Part shown: in pieces, positions 20,485-27,426 of the stretch
How positions within the stretch are numbered: position 1 is the stretch's first letter
Layout: each line of letters opens with the position of its first letter
Source of the DNA: Thiohalomonadales bacterium
GTDB lineage: Bacteria; Pseudomonadota; Gammaproteobacteria; SZUA-152
Length of the DNA: 27,426 nucleotides
Direction: 5' to 3'
Assembly: GCA_048061555.1 (NCBI GenBank)
Contig: JBGMRO010000002.1
Location: forward strand, 1-27,426
Program-made: the position numbers and the translations under genes
Notes under the pieces: generated by a model
What the model was told of the DNA's origin: nothing
What the model saw: only the letters and a program-made list of their open reading frames with translations
Database searches by the model: none

Positions 20485-22338
20485 ATGAAACAAAAGAAAC
20501 TGGTTTTATTCTTACCCTTTGTTTTGCTGGTTATTGGTGCGTTAATATTTTTAAATGACATCAACAAGCAGACAAGCAAATCCGACGAATATTCAGGCAA
20601 GATGTCATTGCTTCAATATCATTTCCAGCCCGGTAGCGTGATTGAATACAAAATTGATTATCAATCGGAAGGGCAAGGAACCGTTAATATTAGTTCAAAA
20701 GTGAAGGCAAAAAAAAGCAGCGTCAATCATAAAGCACAGGTCGCGATGAAAGGGGGGCTGATACTAAAGCAAATTGCCAGAGATGACCAAGAGAATTATG
20801 TTGTCGAATACGAATTTACACCAGACACGATGAACATACAATACAACAACAAAGTTATACCAAAACCAGAACGAATCCAGACATCTGTGGTGATATTCCC
20901 CAATGGGACACTAAAATCATTTTATATGAAGGAAAACGTATTTTCGAACTATGGTCATATGATCAGAGAAATATTGTCCCTGCTTGAGTTTCCGCTACCG
21001 GCAGAGGCAGTGACTCATTGGTCGCATATGGAACGCAATATTAGTAAAGATCTAATGGCAAACTACATTGTAAATAACGTCAGTGATGATAAGTTGTTTT
21101 CTGTTGTTAAAACCTATGCAAAGGCTAGCAACAGCGAGTCGGTTAAAGGGCAGTTTGATTACACGTTTAATAACTCGAAAGGATATCTAAAATCCGTCCA
21201 CGGAGAACGAACCATAGAGTACAAGCTTGCTCAACAGGCAATGAGTGTTTCCACTGCTCGATTGAATGTAGAGTTTGTATCTTACTCAAAAGGAATGCAA
21301 GCACCTAGTTATGATAATACCATTTTAGGCAGCAATACGGGTATCATTGAGGAAACACTAAACGGAAAATATACGTCTACCAGAATAGAAAAAGAAGCCA
21401 ATACAAGCGCTTTAGGTAATGATGATTTAGTGACTCTCACCACTAAATTTGCAGCAGCCGATGAGTCCGATCATGCGGTATTAACAAAATTGGTCCAAAA
21501 ACTTTCCGCGTTACTTTATTTGCATCCAGACGTGTCGGGCGACGTAGCCGCGATGTTAGCAGATTATGAATATACCGACGGACGCTGGGGTGCGATCGCT
21601 GCCTCACTGGCGTACGTCGGACACCGAGAGGCACAACTAGCCATAATTGATGCGCTTAATGACACCAGCAGCGACAGCAAAACACAAATCGCCTTAATGC
21701 CGCATTTAGCGTTTGTCGGTAAACCCATCGTTGAAGCCGAAGAATACTTTCGCCAAGTGAAGCTCACGACTCGATCCGAGGAGGCGGCCTATAAATCTAA
21801 TAACGGGCTGGGCATAATCGCACAAAATCTACGTTACAGCGATAGCGATCGAGCCAAACAAATATACACAGAAGTCTCTGCAGAACTAGATAACGAGTCT
21901 GACCCGGTAAAACAAGTGCGTTTAATAGAAGCGATTGGTAATATGGGGATGGAGGAACAAACCCAATTATTGGAAGAATATTTAGACAGTCCCATCAAAT
22001 CCGTCAAATTGGCTTCGATTTATTCCTTACGCCACATCAATACCACCGATTCCAGAAGCCAACTCTTGGCCTATCTGAGCGACGATGATGAGAAGGTAAG
22101 AGAATCAGCCGCCATGGCCCTAGAATATACTACGGGCAACATGGACGCCCTACAAAAATATGAGCAGCGACTCAAACAAGAGACTAATGTCACGATCCTT
22201 AAAGTCATATTACGCAATCTCATCAAAATGTCCGATGATTTCCCGCAAAGTCTAGCGATATATGATCGATTTCTCACTACGTGTGCGCATAGGGATCTTT
22301 GTGGTTTTGCGAAGAGTTTGCGCTCGATGAGATCGTAG
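20485..22338 (+). CDS. Membrane-anchored protein D: beta domain plus HEAT-like helical domain, Vitellogenin_N/LLT-like
   Basis: N-terminal signal anchor; beta-rich residues about 40-270; helical repeats RLIEAIGNMG, VKLASIYSLRHI and VRESAAMALEY. Confidence 0.8.
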   Translation: MKQKKLVLFLPFVLLVIGALIFLNDINKQTSKSDEYSGKMSLLQYHFQPGSVIEYKIDYQSEGQGTVNISSKVKAKKSSVNHKAQVAMKGGLILKQIARDDQENYVVEYEFTPDTMNIQYNNKVIPKPERIQTSVVIFPNGTLKSFYMKENVFSNYGHMIREILSLLEFPLPAEAVTHWSHMERNISKDLMANYIVNNVSDDKLFSVVKTYAKASNSESVKGQFDYTFNNSKGYLKSVHGERTIEYKLAQQAMSVSTARLNVEFVSYSKGMQAPSYDNTILGSNTGIIEETLNGKYTSTRIEKEANTSALGNDDLVTLTTKFAAADESDHAVLTKLVQKLSALLYLHPDVSGDVAAMLADYEYTDGRWGAIAASLAYVGHREAQLAIIDALNDTSSDSKTQIALMPHLAFVGKPIVEAEEYFRQVKLTTRSEEAAYKSNNGLGIIAQNLRYSDSDRAKQIYTEVSAELDNESDPVKQVRLIEAIGNMGMEEQTQLLEEYLDSPIKSVKLASIYSLRHINTTDSRSQLLAYLSDDDEKVRESAAMALEYTTGNMDALQKYEQRLKQETNVTILKVILRNLIKMSDDFPQSLAIYDRFLTTCAHRDLCGFAKSLRSMRS

Positions 22339-22408
22339 ATAAAATTTGTAATTCAATTGTAACATATAACGAAATAATAGTGCTTTCGTAAAAATTGGGA
22401 GAAAATGT

Positions 22409-24433
22409 ATGTCATTAGATTCAAGGACGATTAAGGTTATTGCGTTAACCGCATTAGCCATATTAAGTCAAAGTGTTTGGGCGATAGGGCCATTGCCTGC
22501 CGTTAATTTTGAAGAGCGTAAGTCCGATCAAGCGTCTCGGGATGTTTTGGAGAAGTGTGTGTTTGGACCGGTTTGTGATTTGCCGGTGGTAAATATTGTA
22601 GAGTCTGTGCAGTTGCTGGCCCATTCCAATCCACAGACCGGTAACCGTAATCTCAGCGATCTATCTAATTTTGAGTATATAATCGATAGCAAAAAACTGG
22701 CAGCAGTGGATGAGCTGGATATACAAATCAGTGTCACTGAAGTCGACCAGGCACAAGCTCTTCAAGATTGTGACGTTGTGTTTGAACAATTTCGATACCT
22801 TCATCCAGAAATTAATTACATTACCGGACATTATTGCGAAGGTGGGACTAGTGGCGAGGGATATATTGCGCCCGGTGCAAGTAGAATCTACGACTCGCCC
22901 GGGGGCGGGGGTATAACAGTGAGACAAATCTCGTATCGCGATGTAATATTTTCCAATCCACGCTATACAAAAGCAGCAGACCATTTAGTTTTAGCCGGTG
23001 GTCATTTTGAAATGGTTGAATACGACGTGTCGATGAAGGAAAAATATTTTGTAGGGACATACTACCATATGGACTTAATGCAAACTGAAATTACCAATTT
23101 TCCTCCAATTAAGTCGCTGGTAAGAAGCGCGTCCGCAATTTACCTGGGATGCAGCATCAATGGTACTCCAGATGGTACTATGCGCCCGCGTTCAGGTATA
23201 CTGCGCCGTCCTCTTACATTACAAGGGCCAGTCACGGGCGCCATTACTAGAGTTACTGCTAGTATTAGTTTAGCAAAACAGTTTGACGGAGCCGCTTTTA
23301 AACTACATCCACAATTAGAGCGTATAAGAAGTGCTTGCCCTGAAATAGGAAACAATCTGATATTATTTGGGTATGTTGATCCATACACTAGCATACAGAC
23401 TACTTCACCAGTCAACATACACTTTCGATACGGAAGCATAACCGACGAAACCAACCTATGGGACAACTACGCCACCACCATAAGAGACGATCTCAACTAC
23501 AGCTTCGACACGTGGAATAATCTCAATACAATACATTCAAGCTTCACCACTTCAAATGCCGAGCTATTAAAATTCCTAGTGCAATACTCAAACAAGATCA
23601 AGGATCTATTGGGGGTATATTCATTGGATCCTGCGACACCCCTCATTGATGTGGAGCAATTTTTTTATGGACCCGGTACAGGGGATTTAGCAGGTGTTTT
23701 CATACCAATCGTTTCCATTCCAGACGCGCCCGCCGATTGGCTCGCATTTGACAGAGACGCAAAGGATAAAGCAACGGGAAAGACGCCGGTAGATGCAAGC
23801 CTAAAAAGTAGTTATGTACAATATCTGGCTGACATACAAATGTTAGACAATCTCAATGCTGTAAGAATATCCAAGAGTACGGCGATACTAGTCAATCTAG
23901 TCAACACCGCGGTACAAACATTGGATAATGAAATGTTGAGGTCGCAATACTTTTTGGCGTTGGCAGATCACGCCAAAGCGAATATAAAAACCTCCCTGGC
24001 TGCGCTTACCGGCGAAATCACGGGTGCTTTGGCACTGGCAACAAGCTCGCCAACCGTATCGCTCCAGGTAGATCCTCAACCGACTGTGTCGCCAATAAGC
24101 ACCGCACCGACTACGTTTGGGTTTTTGCCCATTACATCGAGCAATGGGCCCAACGCGCCGATCACGGCTTCATCGTTTATTGATATTATTTGGACCGGTG
24201 CCGCACCGCCAGCGGGTTATTACATCGCCATTTTTGAAGAAGCGACCGGTCTTCTACGTATTCAAAAAAGCGTGAGTGCGATGACCTTCGATGCCACCAC
24301 ACAAGAATGGTATATCGCGCTCTCTGTTACGAATACGACACGCGTGGGGAATTACTTAGTTGGATTTACCTCCGCAAACATCGATACGCTATTTGGTGCG
24401 CCACGAAGTGATGTCTTTAGTGTGGTTCGCTAG
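22409..24433 (+). CDS. Secreted uncharacterised protein A2 (paralog of 14679-16736)
   Basis: GGGAG RBS; signal peptide ending SVWA; shares EKCVFGPVCDLP, IDSKKLA, DETNLWDxYATxIRDDLNY and the C-terminal domain with A1. Confidence 0.87.
   Translation: MSLDSRTIKVIALTALAILSQSVWAIGPLPAVNFEERKSDQASRDVLEKCVFGPVCDLPVVNIVESVQLLAHSNPQTGNRNLSDLSNFEYIIDSKKLAAVDELDIQISVTEVDQAQALQDCDVVFEQFRYLHPEINYITGHYCEGGTSGEGYIAPGASRIYDSPGGGGITVRQISYRDVIFSNPRYTKAADHLVLAGGHFEMVEYDVSMKEKYFVGTYYHMDLMQTEITNFPPIKSLVRSASAIYLGCSINGTPDGTMRPRSGILRRPLTLQGPVTGAITRVTASISLAKQFDGAAFKLHPQLERIRSACPEIGNNLILFGYVDPYTSIQTTSPVNIHFRYGSITDETNLWDNYATTIRDDLNYSFDTWNNLNTIHSSFTTSNAELLKFLVQYSNKIKDLLGVYSLDPATPLIDVEQFFYGPGTGDLAGVFIPIVSIPDAPADWLAFDRDAKDKATGKTPVDASLKSSYVQYLADIQMLDNLNAVRISKSTAILVNLVNTAVQTLDNEMLRSQYFLALADHAKANIKTSLAALTGEITGALALATSSPTVSLQVDPQPTVSPISTAPTTFGFLPITSSNGPNAPITASSFIDIIWTGAAPPAGYYIAIFEEATGLLRIQKSVSAMTFDATTQEWYIALSVTNTTRVGNYLVGFTSANIDTLFGAPRSDVFSVVR
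24122..24430 (+). repeat. Direct repeat copy 2 (C-terminal domain of A2)
   Basis: About 91% nt identity to 16422-16730 over the counted 280 nt. Confidence 0.95.
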
Positions 24434-24540
24434 CAGCAAAAAATTGAAAAAGTAGCTATTTGGGAAATAGGGGACGTTGTTGGCCAAGAGGAAAAACAAA
24501 CTTATGCTAATCTTGCATGGAAATAGGCGAGAAGACTTAG

Positions 24541-24663
24541 ATGCCAAAATTAGCGAGGCTTGATACGCTAGGAACACTACATTATGTCATTTTTCGGGGA
24601 ATATAACGCTACAAGATCATCAGTGATAATGTTTATCGAGATAGTTTTGTTTCTCGAAAGTAA
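24541..24663 (+). pseudogene. N-terminal fragment of a REP-associated tyrosine (RAYT / Y1 HUH) transposase
   Basis: MPKLARLDTLGTLHYVIFRGI*RYKIISDNVYRDSFVSRK* matches the recalled RAYT start MPRxARLDxPGxLHHVxxRGIERRxIFxDDxDRxxFLxRL. In-frame TAA at 24604 where GAA would be expected. Confidence 0.75.
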
Positions 24664-24677
24664 CAAAGTAGAACTAG

Positions 24678-25001
24678 TTATAGGTTTTTATTTTCAAACT
24701 CCATTAATTCTATTGGGGCACCATTGACCTCTATAAATGCAACCACCAAACCTTCACTAGGTGAGGTTGGCTGTATGATTACCTTTTTACCTTCTATTTC
24801 TCGCAATAGATTTTTTACGACAAAGGCAACATGAGGAACAGTTTTTACCAATTCAGGGTATGGTGCGTCATCCCAATAACGTTGCCATTGAATACCATAA
24901 GGATTATTTTCATGATCTGACACCGTCATTCTTAAATGAGGGAGATCGATTTCTCCCTCAAATTTATCTTTAGTGGGTATTCCAATATGGTTAAATTTCA
25001 T
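24678..25001 (-). CDS. Small VOC/glyoxalase-like protein
   Basis: AGGA RBS before MKFNHIGIP (ATG 25001); VPHVAFVV and GAPIELME are VOC-like metal-site motifs. The ORF-track extension to 25130 is not supported. Confidence 0.7.
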   Translation of the reverse strand: MKFNHIGIPTKDKFEGEIDLPHLRMTVSDHENNPYGIQWQRYWDDAPYPELVKTVPHVAFVVKNLLREIEGKKVIIQPTSPSEGLVVAFIEVNGAPIELMEFENKNL

Positions 25002-25139
25002 TTGCTTCCTTGAATTCTGATTGCATGTAACTTCCGGTCCAGTTGCAGACAAAAGTGACTGCCTGTGTTTTTTTACAGGCAGGTGCTTATGGCTGTCAAC
25101 TGCAACGGAAACTACCCCAGTTCTGCGCACACATTTTTG

Positions 25140-25724
25140 TTAGCTCTTTTCACTTGCCCGTTGTATTGAAATTTTCGCTATTCTTTCTCCAAATTGTTTT
25201 GCTGTTGCAATATCTCCTGGTAAAGGTCCTTCATCTACACTTGCGTCAGATGGGGATTGTGCCATCAAGCCAGCAAACGAGGCAATGTAATTTATATCAT
25301 TACGTTGTGCCGCTTTACTACTCGCCGGCATAATACCCGTGCCTACCCATACCATTGAATGTTGCATGGACAGAGTAAACATATAATGAAGGGTCGATAG
25401 CTTATCCCCATTCATTCCAGAAGAGTTGGTAAATCCCGCTGCAAGTTTATCCTTCCAGTCTTGCGAAAACCATTGTTTACTCGATGCATCTGCAAATTTT
25501 TTAAATTGCCAGGAAACCATTCCCATGTAGGTCGGAGATCCAAATATAATTGTATCTGCCATCGCTAATGATCCCCATCCGTCATCGGGTATGTCTCCTT
25601 CTGGACTAATGGGTAGTAGTTTAGCTTTCACACCAGAACTACCAACCAAACCAGAAAGTACAGCCTCTGCCTGTTTTAGGGTATGGCCATACCCACTATG
25701 ATAAACAACAAGAATATTAATCAT
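25140..25724 (-). CDS. WrbA-like flavodoxin / NAD(P)H:quinone oxidoreductase
   Basis: VVYHSGYGHT, FGSPTYMG, FKKFADAS, KLAAGFTNS and GDKLSTL. Confidence 0.9.
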   Translation of the reverse strand: MINILVVYHSGYGHTLKQAEAVLSGLVGSSGVKAKLLPISPEGDIPDDGWGSLAMADTIIFGSPTYMGMVSWQFKKFADASSKQWFSQDWKDKLAAGFTNSSGMNGDKLSTLHYMFTLSMQHSMVWVGTGIMPASSKAAQRNDINYIASFAGLMAQSPSDASVDEGPLPGDIATAKQFGERIAKISIQRASEKS

Positions 25725-25766
25725 TTAAACACCTTATACATTAAAAAAATAGAGTATAAAATGTAT

Positions 25767-25820
25767 AGTTACAATATGTAAGTAGGCACTCTGTTGTGCT
25801 ATACTGACATATTTGTAACT
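25767..25820. promoter_or_regulatory. Candidate HxlR-family operator pair
   Basis: agttacaatatgtaagt (25767-25783) and actgacatatttgtaact (25803-25820) are each semi-palindromic and inverted relative to each other, between divergent genes. Confidence 0.6.
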
Positions 25821-25834
25821 AAGAGGTGATTTTT

Positions 25835-26158
25835 ATGAGTCATACAGAATGCTCACTACATTTGATTATGGAAAAAATTGCAGGAAAATGGAAACTTGTA
25901 ATTATGTATTACCTCAATAAAGCGGATGTGATTAGGTTTAGTGATCTCCATCGGTTGATCGGTGGCGTTTCCCAAAAAGTACTAACATCTCAATTGAGAG
26001 ATCTTGAGCGTGATGGTTTTGTTAATAGAAAGGTCTATCCAGAAGTCCCACCTAGAGTTGAATACAGTTTAACTAGTAAAGGTTTATCTCTTTCTCATGT
26101 TTTAGATTCTTTGGCTGATTGGGCTACTAGTAATATGTTGCCTGAATTAGAGCGCTAA
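25835..26158 (+). CDS. HxlR family winged-helix transcriptional regulator
   Basis: GAGGTG RBS before ATG 25835; IAGKWKLVIM, RFSDL, SQKVLTSQLRDLERDG and VPPRVEYSLT. Confidence 0.93.
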   Translation: MSHTECSLHLIMEKIAGKWKLVIMYYLNKADVIRFSDLHRLIGGVSQKVLTSQLRDLERDGFVNRKVYPEVPPRVEYSLTSKGLSLSHVLDSLADWATSNMLPELER

Positions 26159-26271
26159 CGTCGTGAATCAGTGGTTACTAAATGGGGTGGTTTTGCGTTA
26201 GCAAAATATGTGTTGCTTTAGAGCGATAATCCAGTTCTATTTTTCCCTCTCGACATTATTTACACCGCCCT

Positions 26272-26451
26272 CTACACTAATCTAACTGACTTGCTTTTGA
26301 ATTCTTTACTAAGTTTATTGCTTATCACTCACCCCTCGATATCTGAGTGTAGCTTTACGGCTTGGAACGATGGTTTTTAAGAAAATTTCGTTTTCATTCT
26401 CATTCTCAACTTCGATAGTATATCTTCAACATCAGGCGTAACCCAGATATA
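26272..26451 (-). pseudogene. Degraded BrnT-like toxin 3' end plus antitoxin 5' start
   Basis: Minus strand encodes YIWVTPDVED and, in another frame, ENENEIFLKTIVPSRKATLRY (stop at 26315). An overlapping GTG at 26328 gives MISNKLSKE and then degenerates. Confidence 0.55.
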
Positions 26452-26503
26452 GTATCATTATTAACTCAACTTTCGGAGTTCAAGAGTTTTACACTGCTGA
26501 TAC

Positions 26504-26532
26504 TTGGTGGATAAGCGAAGCGCATCCACCAA
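26504..26532. repeat. REP-like palindrome
   Basis: ttggtggat-aa-gcgaagc-gc-atccaccaa: 9-bp perfect arms with a GCGAAGC mini-hairpin core. Single copy in this window. Confidence 0.55.
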
Positions 26533-26669
26533 ATGGCAGCGTAGTACGTCGTTAACGAGCCACTGAACTGCGAATATTGAGTTATTAGTATAATAATCGA
26601 AAGTTAGTTTTACCAATCGCGGTCTGGAGGCTCGCCACGGTTTTTAAATATTTAAAGAAGGAGTCAGTA

Positions 26670-27104
26670 GTGAGCGAACCTTTACACGTCGTATGTCCAG
26701 ATTGTGATGCGGTCAATCGGATACCAGCAATGCGCATCGATGAGGCCCCAAAATGTGGTAAGTGTCACAAGCCCTTGTTTAACGGCCTGCCCATTGTTTT
26801 ATCCGCGGGTAACTTTCAGACACATGTTTCCCGTAGTGATGTGCCCGTGATAGTCGATTTTTGGGCGCCATGGTGCGGCCCCTGTAAAATGATGGCACCT
26901 CAGTTCGTGCAGGCTGCGAAAGAACTTGAACCGGCGGTACACTTGGCCAAGGTCAATACCGAGGCGGAGCAAAACTTAGGCGCGCAGTACAATATCCGCA
27001 GTATTCCCACGCTGGTTTTATTTAGGCGCGGACAAGAAGTGGCGCGACAAGCGGGCGCCATGGGTGCCGCCGATATCGTGCGCTGGGTGCGGGCACAGCT
27101 TTAA
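26670..27104 (+). CDS. trxC: Thioredoxin 2
   Basis: N-terminal Zn motifs CPDC and CGKC plus active site WCGPC; AGGAG RBS before GTG. Confidence 0.96.
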   Translation: MSEPLHVVCPDCDAVNRIPAMRIDEAPKCGKCHKPLFNGLPIVLSAGNFQTHVSRSDVPVIVDFWAPWCGPCKMMAPQFVQAAKELEPAVHLAKVNTEAEQNLGAQYNIRSIPTLVLFRRGQEVARQAGAMGAADIVRWVRAQL

Positions 27105-27426
27105 AACCTTATTTAAAATGCGTGTACTGTCGATTTACTTAGGTAAAACCTATCTGCGTAAGTACTGAGTCTTCTTTTCCAAGACACCGTGCAACCAATA
27201 ACTTCCACTGGGTGTTACTTAGGCATTTCGCCATGACAGGCTACGCGGTGGCGATTTAACGATCTCGTCCCGCTAATATGGAAACCTCCTTGTAGATGGC
27301 TTATGATACGCCAACCACGTGACATCTATCGGCGGCGCCCAACGGCTTTTGTGGCGTAGAATACGCGGGGAGATAACTACAATAAGAAACTTTGGGGGGA
27401 CTGAAGATGATAATTGTTGGAGAATA

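Noticed and set aside
25002-25130. N-terminal extension of the VOC-like ORF given by the ORF track
   Set aside because: A strong RBS precedes ATG 25001 and the extension looks non-coding.
27407-27426. Possible gene start MIIVGE at the window edge
   Set aside because: Only six codons are visible; too short to call.

Overview
Gammaproteobacterial-type chromosomal window in two parts. The left part (1-12952) is mostly housekeeping. It holds kdkA (5' truncated by the window edge), a convergent pcm-tolC-lpxL-waaA operon, and a three-gene envelope-modification-like operon (LTA-synthase/sulfatase family, atypical metallophosphoesterase, multi-TM protein). These are followed by a small secreted CxxCH protein with a Pro/Thr linker and poly-Asp tail, and by thiC behind a TPP riboswitch. 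The right part (about 13060-26600) looks accessory, and spot-counted lines are more AT-rich. A DUF6502-like gene, followed by an internally deleted FG-GAP/integrin-like lipoprotein pseudogene, is divergent from a five-gene operon of exported uncharacterised proteins (A1-B-C-D-A2, 14679-24433). By eye, protein D matches the vitellogenin/MTP/apoB large-lipid-transfer (LLT) N-terminal module. The C-terminal half of protein C resembles the LLTP open beta-sheet, which suggests a split bacterial LLTP-like lipid-handling system. A1 and A2 are paralogs with six conserved Cys, a variable middle and a 93%-identical C-terminal domain. Downstream are a RAYT transposase fragment, a VOC-like gene, a WrbA-like flavodoxin with a divergent HxlR regulator, a BrnT-like toxin-antitoxin remnant, a REP-like hairpin and trxC. 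Family assignments come from motif recognition by eye; no searches were run.
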